Shown: positions 52,787-62,700 of the stretch, piece after piece | How the letters are laid out: the number at the start of each line of letters is the position of its first letter | How positions within the stretch are numbered: the stretch's first letter is position 1 | Virus record (IMG/VR): IMGVR_UViG_3300044648_000206 | Coordinates: 8,265 to 72,264 of that record | Length of the DNA stretch: 64,000 nt | Origin: a virus | Strand: one strand, 5' to 3' | Position numbers and translations under genes: made by a program | Notes under the pieces: generated by a model | Database searches by the model: none | The model's input: only the letters and a program-made list of their open reading frames with translations | What the model was told of the DNA's origin: nothing

Positions 52787-55114
52787 TTAGCTCCCGGTCT
52801 GCGGCTGGTTGTAGACCCGGCCGAGGAAGTACACGTCGGAGGTGTGCTCGGCGTAGAAGGCGCACCACAGGGTGATCGCCTCGGCGGGCTGGGGCTCGCC
52901 TGCGTCAGCTGCGGGCTCGTCCCAGAGCGGGTTCTCCGGGGTCGAGTTGTCGTGACCCCAGCTGGTCTCGTCGATGAGCAGGCCAGTGGCGGGGAAGCCC
53001 GCTGAGCTCAGCCCAGGGCTGTGCCCGGCCTTCTGGTCGAAGTTGCCCCAGCCGATCACCAGGGAGGCGTCCGGAGCGTCGTTCGGGGTGGCCACGCCGG
53101 TCTCGTCGTAGGACTGGAAGGCGCCCTCGCGGAAGGGGCTGTAGTCCGTGCCCTCGTGCGGCATGAAGTCGGCCACCGGACTGGGCCGGGTGTAGTAGAT
53201 CGACACGTGGAAGGGGATCTCCAGCACGTTGCCGTTGACGTCGTAGGCCGCCACCTCGATCCGCCGGCTGGTGAACTTCTGGGCCGTGAGCATGGGCACC
53301 AGGGACCAGCGGTTGCGCGAGGCCGAGGCGTTGGCGTCCACCCGCACGAACGGGCCACGGGAGAACCCGTCCTCCCGGATCGAGTAGCCCGAGGGCGGGT
53401 GGTTGCGGGTCCAGCTCTCCCAGGGAAAGCGGTTGGTGTAGGCCATCCCCGCGAAGTAGTTGTACCGGCTGTTGAAGCCCTCGCGGCGGTTCTTGCCGTG
53501 CCGGGCGTACCGAGGGATGTAGCCCGAGCCCGCGTAGTAGTCCCAGGGCGCCAGGATGTCCTCGATGGTGGCGCTCTTCTTGTTGACCTGGAGGAGCTTG
53601 CTCGGGGTCAGCGGGTCGATGTTGCGGGCCCGGGCCTCCTCCAGGGTGAGCAGGTCGCGGTACTTGGTGTCGATCTTGCACTCGACCGAGTTGGACTGCG
53701 GGCGGGACACCACCTCGGCGATGTGGAAGCGCACGCCCGTGGTGCCCGAGCCCTTGATCCCCTTGATCAGGACGGTCATCCCCGCCTTGATCTGCCACTT
53801 GGTCATGTTGGAGGGGTCGCAGCGCAGGCTCAGGGTGCCCATCAGGCCCGCGTCCTGCACCCGCTCCAGCCGCTTGGAGGCGCTGGTCTCGGCCTGCTCG
53901 AGGTCCACACCAGGCGGGTACTGCGTCTTGGACTCGTGGACCATGACGTTGGCGTCGTAGGAGGCATTGGGCACGCCATCGACCGGCGGCGGGAAGACCT
54001 CGGCCTTGGCGGCCAGGGGCTCGTACTCGGTGCGGTTCCACGCGCCCGTGACGTAGGCGTTGCGCCAGGTCACTCCGTCGACGCCGGTGCCCTCGCCGTA
54101 GAGCTCGTTCTCGATCTGGGTGTAGTCCTCGCTGACCTGGATGCGCACCCCAGGCGTGCCGGCCCACAGCTCGAAGTCAGGAGTCCGGTTGCGGTCACGC
54201 ACCTCGAGCACCGGCTGACGGTTGGGCTCCATGCGCAGCGCCCACTGGTTGCCCGGGGTCACGCCGCAGTCGTCCGTGGTGAACATGATCGCCAGGATGT
54301 CCTGGAAGTAGCCGGTGAGCGTGGCGTCCCAGTTGCCGGTGTTGCGGGTCGAGTAGCCCGTCTCCAGGCGGTTGGGGAAGCCCACCGGCGTGTAGAGGTT
54401 GGGCTCGCCCTCGCCTCGGGGAGGAGTGATCTTCGTCCAGCCCGTAGGGAACCGCTTGAGCAGGGGCAGCGTGCGCAGGGAGGGCTTGCCCATCCAGTGG
54501 CCCTGGTTGCCCGGGCCGTAGTCCGGGTGGGAGATCTCGAAGAGCAGGTTCTCCAGGCGGAAGGGGCGGCGCGGGTAGAACGGCTTCTGCTTGAAGTAGT
54601 CCAGCTGGAACAGCGCCCCCTGGCACTGGATCTGCAGGCCGCCGGCACTCTCGTCCCCGTTGAGGTCCCGGGAGGCCACGAAGCCCTCCCAGATCCTGGT
54701 GCCCGCCCCGTAGGTCAGGCTGACCGCGTCGGTGACCGGGTTGCGGAAGTCGGTGCCCGCAGCTGCCTCGTACCACCAGATGTCGACGTTGGCCGGGTTG
54801 TCCTCGGTGCCCAGCCACCCGAAGGCGTCCAGGTCGTCGAAGATCGTGATCTGCGGGAAGTTGATGGTGGCCGCACCTGGGCCGAAGGGGTCCAGGAAGG
54901 AGTAGTTCTCCAGCATGGTCGGCACGCCGCGGAAGTAGGTGACGTCGGTCATCGAGCCACCCTGCGGGCCCATGGCGATGACGAAGAAGCCGGCTGCCGT
55001 GGTGTCCACACTGGTGGGCTGCCAGTTCTGGGGCTGCCCGTCGACCAGGGTCGGCGTGGGCATGTTCACCACGGTCTTGGTGATGGCCCGGATCTGGCTC
55101 GCGAGGACGCCCAT
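52787..55114 (-). CDS. minor tail protein (hub/Tal-like)
   Basis: RIWEGFVAS...IQCQGAL; N.LYGEG; I.AGMTV.I typical of siphovirus hub proteins. Confidence 0.7.
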   Translation of the reverse strand: MGVLASQIRAITKTVVNMPTPTLVDGQPQNWQPTSVDTTAAGFFVIAMGPQGGSMTDVTYFRGVPTMLENYSFLDPFGPGAATINFPQITIFDDLDAFGWLGTEDNPANVDIWWYEAAAGTDFRNPVTDAVSLTYGAGTRIWEGFVASRDLNGDESAGGLQIQCQGALFQLDYFKQKPFYPRRPFRLENLLFEISHPDYGPGNQGHWMGKPSLRTLPLLKRFPTGWTKITPPRGEGEPNLYTPVGFPNRLETGYSTRNTGNWDATLTGYFQDILAIMFTTDDCGVTPGNQWALRMEPNRQPVLEVRDRNRTPDFELWAGTPGVRIQVSEDYTQIENELYGEGTGVDGVTWRNAYVTGAWNRTEYEPLAAKAEVFPPPVDGVPNASYDANVMVHESKTQYPPGVDLEQAETSASKRLERVQDAGLMGTLSLRCDPSNMTKWQIKAGMTVLIKGIKGSGTTGVRFHIAEVVSRPQSNSVECKIDTKYRDLLTLEEARARNIDPLTPSKLLQVNKKSATIEDILAPWDYYAGSGYIPRYARHGKNRREGFNSRYNYFAGMAYTNRFPWESWTRNHPPSGYSIREDGFSRGPFVRVDANASASRNRWSLVPMLTAQKFTSRRIEVAAYDVNGNVLEIPFHVSIYYTRPSPVADFMPHEGTDYSPFREGAFQSYDETGVATPNDAPDASLVIGWGNFDQKAGHSPGLSSAGFPATGLLIDETSWGHDNSTPENPLWDEPAADAGEPQPAEAITLWCAFYAEHTSDVYFLGRVYNQPQTGS

Positions 55115-55380
55115 CAGACCCAGACCTCCTCAGCGCGGGCCTTCTTGCAGACCCAGCAGATGCGGATGGGGAAGGCGTCCCCGTTGCGGAAGGGGCCGTC
55201 CGTGAGGAGCAGCCCACCGCAGCTGGCACAGCCCGGCCCCTTGCCGTTGATGATCACCAGGGGAGTGCAGCAGGAGGCGCCACACACGGCGGCCGCACTG
55301 GGCACGCGCGCCGGAGGGGCCTTGAGGCTGGCGAGGTACTCGTCTCGCTTCTCTTTGGACGTGAACTTGAGCCCAGCCAT
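55114..55380 (-). CDS. small Cys-rich protein
   Basis: Three Cys clusters; coupled. Confidence 0.55.
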   Translation of the reverse strand: MAGLKFTSKEKRDEYLASLKAPPARVPSAAAVCGASCCTPLVIINGKGPGCASCGGLLLTDGPFRNGDAFPIRICWVCKKARAEEVWV

Positions 55381-55541
55381 CAGGTCACCTCTCCAGTCCA
55401 GCTACCGCAACCACGCTCGATCGCGCACGCGCAGGTGTAGGTCCGCTCCACGGTCTCGGTGGGCGTGATCCAGTTGCGCACTACCGTCCGGACGCACTGG
55501 TGGCCGTAGAAGCCCTGGACGATGCAGCCCTCGCAGATCAT
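55380..55541 (-). CDS. small Cys-rich protein
   Basis: MICEGC...H.C...CAC; GGAGG RBS. Confidence 0.55.
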   Translation of the reverse strand: MICEGCIVQGFYGHQCVRTVVRNWITPTETVERTYTCACAIERGCGSWTGEVT

Positions 55542-55759
55542 GCGGCCCGCACCTCCACGTCCTGGTAGCTGGCCCAGCCGGTCAGCTCGTCCTGCATCAT
55601 GATCAGGGCCTCGTCGTAGGGCTCCATGCCGACACTCAGGGCGCCATCGAACGTATGTGCGGCCAGGCAGGTGTTCTTCTTCCCGCAGCGGCACTCGTTG
55701 GGGCAGGAGAGCGCCTGGTGCCGGCCCTTCTGGTCGGTCAGGTAGTGGCGGTGCCTCAT
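55538..55759 (-). CDS. small Cys/His-rich protein
   Basis: MRHRHY...CPNECRC...C; ATGA coupling. Confidence 0.55.
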   Translation of the reverse strand: MRHRHYLTDQKGRHQALSCPNECRCGKKNTCLAAHTFDGALSVGMEPYDEALIMMQDELTGWASYQDVEVRAA

Positions 55760-55932
55760 GGGGTCGCCTTGGTGATGGAGACGCCGGCCTTGTAGGTCAT
55801 GTCCAGGGCCTTGTGCCCGCACCTCTTGGCCAGGCGCCGGCGGGCGATGTCGGGCGGGAAGCCTCGACCGTCAGGGGTCACGACCTCGGTCTCACCGCAG
55901 GTCGGGCAGGTCACGGTTGCTGGAGTTCTCAT
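55756..55932 (-). CDS. small Zn-ribbon protein
   Basis: CPTC...CGH; ATGA coupling. Confidence 0.55.
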   Translation of the reverse strand: MRTPATVTCPTCGETEVVTPDGRGFPPDIARRRLAKRCGHKALDMTYKAGVSITKATP

Positions 55933-56498
55933 GGGATCACCGGGGTGAACGCCGCTGGAGGGGCCAGCCAGGAGATGAGCTGGGAGAAGTGACCCTGGGT
56001 GCCGGCCTTCTCCTTGATCCCCTGCTGGATGAGGTACGTCTGGCCGGCCACGGGCGAGAGCAGCGTGGTGGTGGCCGTGCCAGACGCTCCGGTCGGGTTG
56101 TGCTGGGCCACGATCAGCCCCTGTGCCGGCGGGGCGGTGAGCACGTTGGTGGCGTAGACCCGCACGCTGCCGCCTCCTGAGCCGCTCTGCCCTGCCCAGT
56201 CGAAGGCCCAGGTGATCGAGTACGGCGGGCTCGAGGGGCAGGTCCACAGCCACCAGATGGTCGCCAGCAGGCCGTTGGTGTACTCCCCCGCCTCGGTGTT
56301 GGCGTAGTTGAGCCCGTAGGTCGGCAGGTAGCCGTTCTCGTCGCTGATGTCGTCCGCAGCAGCCAGCGCGTTGTTGTACGGCGCCACCAGGACCAGCGGG
56401 AGGACTTCCTCCACCGCTGTGGGCAGCCCGAGCCGCTTGTTGCGGATGGGCAGCGCGCTCTCTGTGCGCGTGGGCAGCCCCAGGACGACGGTAGGCAT
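55929..56498 (-). CDS. putative minor tail protein
   Basis: TIWWLWTCP...GQTYLIQ resembles the SLWWKWTCP...GETYFIQ domain of the 49730 protein. Confidence 0.55.
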   Translation of the reverse strand: MPTVVLGLPTRTESALPIRNKRLGLPTAVEEVLPLVLVAPYNNALAAADDISDENGYLPTYGLNYANTEAGEYTNGLLATIWWLWTCPSSPPYSITWAFDWAGQSGSGGGSVRVYATNVLTAPPAQGLIVAQHNPTGASGTATTTLLSPVAGQTYLIQQGIKEKAGTQGHFSQLISWLAPPAAFTPVIP

Positions 56499-56526
56499 CA
56501 GCTACCGTCCGATCCGAACTGCATTG

Positions 56527-56549
56527 TCGACAAGTCTGTACTCAGCGTC
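56527..56549 (-). promoter_or_regulatory. putative late promoter
   Basis: GACGC-N6-CAGACT, overlapping palindrome TTGTCGACAA. Confidence 0.5.
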
Positions 56550-56550
56550 A

Positions 56551-56994
56551 TCAGAACGGTCCGATCGTGGGGATCGGGGAGCGCGGGATCTGGAGCTGCA
56601 GCTGTACCTGGTTGCTCACCATCCGTGGTCCGGTCCAGAGCACCTGGTAGTCCGCTGCCTCACAGGCCCAGGCGTAGCTGGTGCCGTTGAAGGTGGAGGT
56701 CAGCGTGTAGGTGGCCTGCTTGAAGGCGTTGAGGATCGTGCCCAGGTTGGTCTGTAGACCCGCCGCATTGGCTCCCAGCACCTCCAGGGTGAGGTTCTCG
56801 ATGACGTTGGCCCGCCGCCGGCTCACCGTGATGTCGCCATCCACCCACTGCGAGCGGACCTGCTCTCGGTCCCAGGTGACCGGGCCAGGGGTGCTCTCTG
56901 CCGCCACGTAGCTGATCGTGTGGTCGTTGAGCTCGAGCGTGGCCAGGGACAGCAGGGTCCGGGTGATGGTCAGGCTCAGGGTGATGTCAGGCAT
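56551..56994 (-). CDS. distal tail (Dit)-like protein
   Basis: W.RE.V.S.WVDGD..V..RR...L.V.G; size and beta pattern. Confidence 0.6.
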   Translation of the reverse strand: MPDITLSLTITRTLLSLATLELNDHTISYVAAESTPGPVTWDREQVRSQWVDGDITVSRRRANVIENLTLEVLGANAAGLQTNLGTILNAFKQATYTLTSTFNGTSYAWACEAADYQVLWTGPRMVSNQVQLQLQIPRSPIPTIGPF

Positions 56995-57280
56995 CGCTGT
57001 CTCCTACCAGGGCCATCGCCCACGTCGTGTAGACCTTGCCGGGCTGGCCAGGGATCGGGATCAACTCTCCATCAGCGTCTCGAGCGAACAGCCGGGCCTG
57101 GATGGTGTCCTTGGTGAAGGTCACCGACAGCACGTCCTGGGTGCGCCACCCGGCGGCCTGGCAGAGCTCGACCAGCAGCGAGCGTTGCACCACTCGTACC
57201 TCGGTCTGCGCCACGGGGCCCTCCTCGATCGAAGGACCGGGCGGCTGTGCCCAGAGACGGCCGCCCGGCCCTGTTCCCAT
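56987..57280 (-). CDS. hypothetical protein
   Basis: Co-oriented ORF; start uncertain. Confidence 0.5.
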   Translation of the reverse strand: MGTGPGGRLWAQPPGPSIEEGPVAQTEVRVVQRSLLVELCQAAGWRTQDVLSVTFTKDTIQARLFARDADGELIPIPGQPGKVYTTWAMALVGDSDA

Positions 57281-57293
57281 CCTGGGTGGGCTG

Positions 57294-57446
57294 TCAGCCC
57301 ACGATTGGCTCGCTGAGGTAGGCGACCTCGGCGTCCTCCGGGTACTCCCCGGTGTAGGTCGCCTCTCGGGCCTCTTGCTCGGTCACGAACTGGTCGAGGA
57401 TGTTGCCCTCGATGTCGGTCAGCGCCCAGCAGGAGCGCCGGCTCAT
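57294..57446 (-). CDS. 50-aa hypothetical protein (not in ORF track)
   Basis: MSRRSCWALTDIEGNILDQF...; ATGA coupling. Confidence 0.5.
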   Translation of the reverse strand: MSRRSCWALTDIEGNILDQFVTEQEAREATYTGEYPEDAEVAYLSEPIVG

Positions 57447-57679
57447 TCCCCAGCCATCCCAGGAGGTGCCTGGCGCAGCGAGCCCATGATCGTGGTCTTG
57501 AGGGTGTCCCGGAACGTCTCGACCATCCCGAGCATCTCGATGGCGTGCAGCGACTCGCCGGCGTGCTCCCGGTAGGTGATCTCGCCGTTCGGCTTCATGA
57601 TCTTGGTGAGCACGACGGCTCCAAGGGCGATCTCGCCCTCCTTGAGATCCGGGAGGATGACTCCGTTGTACGCGGTCAC
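57443..57679 (-). CDS. hypothetical protein
   Basis: GAGGAG RBS; GAVVLTK...G...E.LGM. Confidence 0.65.
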   Translation of the reverse strand: MTAYNGVILPDLKEGEIALGAVVLTKIMKPNGEITYREHAGESLHAIEMLGMVETFRDTLKTTIMGSLRQAPPGMAGE

Positions 57680-58167
57680 GACTGCTCCTCAGGGGTGAAT
57701 GGTTCGACAGACGCGGGCTCCCCGGCCTGGTTCTGCAGCTCTCGCACGTAGTCCTCGGAGGACCCCGTGATCACGATCGTCTTGACCGACTGACCCTCGG
57801 TCTCGTGGAGCTTCTCCACGCCCTCCAGGCGGGCGATGGTGGCCACTGCTCGCAGGCAGAACTCGGCCGCCTTGGTGTCGCCCATCTCGGCCTTGGTCCA
57901 CTGGGTGTCCAGCAGGGCCTCGATCCGGTCCACGCTCATCTGCAGGGCCTCGGCCCGGCGCTCCCGGGACAGGTCGGCTGCTGCCACCTGCAGGTAGCGC
58001 CGGACCATGACCTCGGCAGCGTCCGCCGTGGCGTAGCCGACCTGCCGGGCGATGAGGGGCCAGCTCAGGCCGCGCATCCGCAGCGCGTGGGCGGCCACCA
58101 CCCGCTCTTCGTCGGAGTTGAGCTGCTCCGGGACGGCCAGCTGGCCATCCTCGCGGTCGTCGGTCAT
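57676..58167 (-). CDS. terminase small subunit-like HTH protein
   Basis: A..LR.RGLSW..IA.QVGY...RIEALL...W.KA..GD.KA.......A.L.G. Confidence 0.65.
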   Translation of the reverse strand: MTDDREDGQLAVPEQLNSDEERVVAAHALRMRGLSWPLIARQVGYATADAAEVMVRRYLQVAAADLSRERRAEALQMSVDRIEALLDTQWTKAEMGDTKAAEFCLRAVATIARLEGVEKLHETEGQSVKTIVITGSSEDYVRELQNQAGEPASVEPFTPEEQS

Positions 58168-58283
58168 CGGCCGAAGAGCTGGTTGAGGACGCAGAACGTC
58201 ACGATGAAGATCAGGACGCTCAGCAGCATCTGGAAGCGGCGGCGCTCCCAGGGTGCGAGCTCGCGCCGGCGGTCCTTGCTCAT
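58164..58283 (-). CDS. 39-aa single-TM protein
   Basis: GGGAGG RBS; coupled on both sides. Confidence 0.5.
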   Translation of the reverse strand: MSKDRRRELAPWERRRFQMLLSVLIFIVTFCVLNQLFGR

Positions 58284-58777
58284 GCCGCGGCCTCCCTGTT
58301 GAACTCCGAGGGCACGAGCCGGGCCTCGGTGGGCACCAGCTGCAGCGCACGCTCGTAGGCAGCGAGGTTGCCGCCCAGGATGTCGTCGTAGATCTCCTCG
58401 AGGTCCTGGCCCTCTTCGTCGACCAGGTGCCAGATCCGCTTGCGGGTGCGGCCCGAGGTGCCGGCCCAGATGCCGTACTCCTCGCGGTTCTCCCCCTCCA
58501 GGCCCAGCGCGGTGGCCAGGCAGATGTCCATGACCGGGCACTCGATGCAGATGGCCTTGGCTCGGGCGATGTCGCTCATCGAGATGGCCGGGCGCTCGCT
58601 GATGTCCCGGGCGCCGAAGAAGGTCTTCTCCTCGGCACCGACGCAGAGCGCGTCCTGGTGCCACTCGGGGCCGTGGTAGTTACTGGGAGGGGTGTAGTCG
58701 ATCAGCTCGTCGAGGTCTGGCTCGTAGTCGAGATCCTGGTTCGCGGCCAGGAACTCGTCAGCCGACTGCCAGGTCAC
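58280..58777 (-). CDS. whiB: WhiB-family transcription factor
   Basis: W...ALC......FF...AKAICIECPV...CL...YGIWAGTS..TR: four Fe-S Cys plus G(I/V)W motif; start uncertain. Confidence 0.92.
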   Translation of the reverse strand: MTWQSADEFLAANQDLDYEPDLDELIDYTPPSNYHGPEWHQDALCVGAEEKTFFGARDISERPAISMSDIARAKAICIECPVMDICLATALGLEGENREEYGIWAGTSGRTRKRIWHLVDEEGQDLEEIYDDILGGNLAAYERALQLVPTEARLVPSEFNREAAA

Positions 58778-59312
58778 TTCGTGCTTGATCCATACCCCCG
58801 GCAGCAGCTCCTCCGAGGTGCAGGGTGCGGGCGTAGATGGCAATGCACGTAGCGTCGACCCGGTTCTGGTCACCCGCACACTGAGCGTGGTAGCCGGGGT
58901 AGGTCCGCTCGAGCCATCGAGCGATGAGCTCTTTGGAGGCGCTTCCATTCCCAACGGTCCCCTTCTTCCATGCCGAGTTGGAGACGAGGCCGGTGGTGGC
59001 TCCACCCAGCTGCATCCCGACAGTGGTGACGGCGCTCACCTGGGCGAGCTTGATGAGCGTGCGCACGTTGCCGGGTCCGGCCAGCGGGGGCTCCTCGACG
59101 AGGGCCACGTCGCCTGGCATCGGCAGCGAGCGGATCGCGGTGCCCAGAGACTCGAGCTCGTGGGCACGATCGAAGATCGACTGGTCCTTGACCTTGCCGC
59201 GCAGCTTGGCGACGGTCTCGAACAGCGACAGTGACCCGTCAGGTGCTATGCCTGCCGCGGTGTAGCTCCGAACTCCGAGGTCGACGCCCCAGTAGTGGGT
59301 CACACGGAGCAA
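58758..59312 (-). CDS. ruvC: RuvC-like Holliday junction resolvase
   Basis: GVDLG, VEEP, WKK.TVGNG.ASKE, N..DA..IA. Confidence 0.85.
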   Translation of the reverse strand: MLRVTHYWGVDLGVRSYTAAGIAPDGSLSLFETVAKLRGKVKDQSIFDRAHELESLGTAIRSLPMPGDVALVEEPPLAGPGNVRTLIKLAQVSAVTTVGMQLGGATTGLVSNSAWKKGTVGNGSASKELIARWLERTYPGYHAQCAGDQNRVDATCIAIYARTLHLGGAAAGGMDQARSDLAVG

Positions 59313-59408
59313 GGTAGAGGCGCAAACTACACGAGTGTAACTACCACGCCGTAAGATGACTCGAAATGACTACGCGGGGTGGCTGGTCGGCAGGCCTCCC
59401 GCTGGACC

Positions 59409-59747
59409 TCAGAGCCCCGTGACCCGGCCTGCCGGGCGAATGACGATCTCCGGGCTGTCGGTGAGCCGCACGTAGACGTAGTTCGTGCCCGCTGACAGCT
59501 GCTGGGCGCTGGGCGGGACGTCTCCGGAAGGCACCGCCGAGCCTGCCAGTAGGGCGGTGAAGGTCCGGACGTGGTCGCCGTTCTCCTCGATCACCTCGAC
59601 ATCTGTCCAGGTGCCGGCCACCCAGGTGGCGCTGGCGCCCGGGTAGCCCGGGTCGGTGCTCACGTGGAACTCGAGCGTGCCATCCAGCTCGAAGTCAGCC
59701 GTGGCCGTGAAGGGCACGTACTCGATGCCGAGTGCCGGCAGCTTCAT
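59409..59747 (-). CDS. tail-associated beta protein (BppU-like, tentative)
   Basis: Y.YVRLTDSPEIVIRPAG; coupled to the repeat fibre. Confidence 0.55.
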   Translation of the reverse strand: MKLPALGIEYVPFTATADFELDGTLEFHVSTDPGYPGASATWVAGTWTDVEVIEENGDHVRTFTALLAGSAVPSGDVPPSAQQLSAGTNYVYVRLTDSPEIVIRPAGRVTGL

Positions 59748-62700
59748 CAGGTCTCCTCAGGTGACACATTGAGCTGGTGGCCATCCGGCCCCACCACCAT
59801 CGTCTTGGCCCCGGCCACTCGCACGAACATCTTGTGCTGGCGGCCGCGGCTGATCCGCAGGCTGACGTCCCGGTAGCTCGAGGCGTTCACCACGGTGATC
59901 GGGGTGTCCAGCTCGAACGGCTGACCCAGCCCCATCTGCTTGAGCTTGGACAGTGCCTGGGCCTGCTCGGTCTCCACCAGCTGACCCAGCGTGTGCTGGT
60001 GCACCCGCTGCACGCCGAGCACCACGCCGGTCTCGGTGGCCTGGCCGAGCGTCTTGCGCTTGACCCGGTTGGTGGGCTGAGCGGTGTCCTCCTCGGTGCC
60101 GAAGCCGACCAGGCGGGTGTCCCGGTCGTCGATCGGGCGCGCCAGGTCCGTCTCGGAGGGCTGACCCAGAATGCGCAGCGAGATCCGGGTGAGGGCAAGC
60201 GCGCTCGAGGCGTCGGTGGCCAGACCCAGCGTCTTGCGCTTGACCCGGTTGATCGGCTGCCCAGTGTCGCTCTCGACGGCCGGCCCGATGTTCCGGATGG
60301 TCAGCCCGGGGTCGAAGATGGTGAGGACCTGGGCCTGGTCGGTCTCGGTGGCCAGGCCGAGGGTCTTGACCTTGCGTCGTGCAAGCGGACTTGAAGAGTC
60401 CGACTCCGATGTCAAGCCAAGCGCCCTCCGCTTGACATCGGTCAGCGCCTGGCCGGCGTCGATCTCGGTGGCCAGGCTCAGCGCGGTGACGCTGCGCCGG
60501 GTGAAGACCTGCGCGGTGTCAGCCTCGGTCGGAAGCCCCAGCGCGCGAGTCTTGCGCCGAGAGGTGGCCAGCGCCGAGTCCGCCTCGGTGACCAGACCCA
60601 GTGTCTTGACCTTGCGCCGGGTGATCGGCTGGCCGGTGTTGCTCGAGGTGGCCAGCCCGATCGGGATGGCCGTGACCTGGCCGAGCGGCAGGGCCACGTC
60701 GCTCTCGGACGGCTGGGTCAGCGCCTTGGTCTTGCGGCGGGCCAGCGGCTGGGCGAACTCGGTCTCGGCCGGCAGCGCCATGGTGCGGCGCTTGATCCGG
60801 GTGACGGCCAGGCCGCTGTCGGTCTCACTGCCCTGCCCCAGCACCCGCAGGATCGGGTCGACCTTGGTGAGGGCGAGCGCGCTGTTGGTCGAGGAGGGCT
60901 GGGTGAGTGCCTTGATCTTGCGCTTGGTCAGCGCCAGGACGGTGCTGGTAGAGGTCGCCAGACCCAGTGTCTTGACCTTGCGCCGGGACAGCGGCTGGGC
61001 GGTGCTGATGCTGCTGGGCAGACCCAGGGTGCGGACCTTGCGCCGGGTGGGTGCCAGTGCCGTGTGGGTAGCGGTCGCGAGCCCGATCGCGACGAACTGG
61101 GTGCCCGGCTCGCTGATGCCCAGCGAGGTGTTGGTCGAGCTGGCCAGCCCCAGGGCGCGCGTCTTGCGCCGGCTGAGGGCCAGCGGGGTGCCGGTGACCG
61201 TGGCCAGGCCGAGGGTCCGTACCTTGCGCCGGGTTGTGGCCAGCGGGGTCTGGGTCGAGCTGGCCTGGCCCAGCACACGCAGGATGGGGTCGACCTTGGT
61301 CAGGGTCAGGGGCGTGTTGGTCTCAGTAGCGAGGCCGAGTGCGCGTACCTTGCGACGGGTGACTGTGACGCCCTGGTCGACCTCGACCGCCTGCCCCAGC
61401 GCACGGACCTTCTGCCGCGTGATCGCCTGGCTGGTGTCGCTCTCCGAGGCCTGACCCAGCGTCTTGGTCTTGCGGCGAGCCAGCGCAAAGCCGCTGTCAC
61501 TCTCGGTCGCCAGTCCGATCGGCACGATGGTCTGACCAGGCTCGGCGACCCCGAGGCTGGCATCAGTCTCAGAGGCCAGGCCCAGCGTCCAGGTCTTAGC
61601 CCGAGTGATGGCCAGCGGGGCGTCCGTCTCGGTCGCGATGCCGAGGGTGGCCACCTTCCGCCTTGTCACCGACAGCGCAGAGTCACTCTCGGTGGCCAGC
61701 CCGAGGGTGACCACCTTGACCCGGGTCAGCGGCTGCGGTGCGTCAGCCTCGGTGGCCAGGCCGAGCTCGCGGCGCTTGACCGTCACCAGCGGCAGCGGGC
61801 CGGAGAACGGGCCGACCACGACGTTGTCGAACTCGGCGTGGAGCGCGGTGGTGCCCGACGAGGCGAGGACCAGGGCGGCCTGGTCCTGCAGCGGCACCAT
61901 GGTGTTGAACGCGGACCAGAACGCCTTGGTGATCTTCCAGGTGTGCCAGTCGGCCGGCTCGGCGCCGCCGGCGTCCCAGACCTTGGCCCAGGCGTGGTAG
62001 TGGTCGGCTGACTCGACGGCCCGGAACCGCACCCGGTAGAGGGTGCTGGCGACCAGCGCGCCGGTCCCCGAGGCGACGGAGGAGCTGGTGAGCAGGTTGA
62101 TGCCGTCGACCCGCAGGCCGAAGATGATGTTGCCGCTCATGTTGACGCGCAGGTGCAGCCCGGCCACGTCGGTGCGCACCGGGATGGAGGCCAGGTCCTC
62201 CCAGGCGCCGTCCGCGCCGAGGTAGATGCCCAGCTGGGCCAGCGAGACCGAGGTGTCGCTGAGGGTGAAGTCGAGCGAGAGCTCGGCGCTTCCCACCGGG
62301 TGCGGGGTGTTCAGCACCGCCTTGGAGTGCGAGAAGGAGCTGGTGCTGATCGCGAGGCGACCCTTGTTGCCCTGGATGGTCTGCGAACCCGAGGTGCGGG
62401 TCGACGCGGTCCAGTCTCCCGGCCAGGCCGCGCCGTCCGACCCAGTGAAGTCGCTGGTGCTGGCCGGCACCGCGTCGGTGGCCAGACCAAGCGTCTTGAC
62501 CTTGACCCGAGCCAGCGCGAAGGCCTCGTCGGTCTCGCTGCCCAGCCCCAGCGACGGGGTGGCCCGGGTGATCCCCAGCGAGGCGTCGGTCTCGGTGGCG
62601 ATGCCCAGCGTCCTGGTCTTGGCCCGGGTGAGCGTGAAGGCCTCGTTGGTCTCGGTGCCGGGGCCGATCACCGCCGCCTGGACGAACTTCACGGTCATCG

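Noticed and set aside
59303-59375. TTGCTCCG shared upstream of ruvC and the helicase as a middle promoter
   Set aside because: Only two instances with inconsistent upstream spacing; too weak to call.
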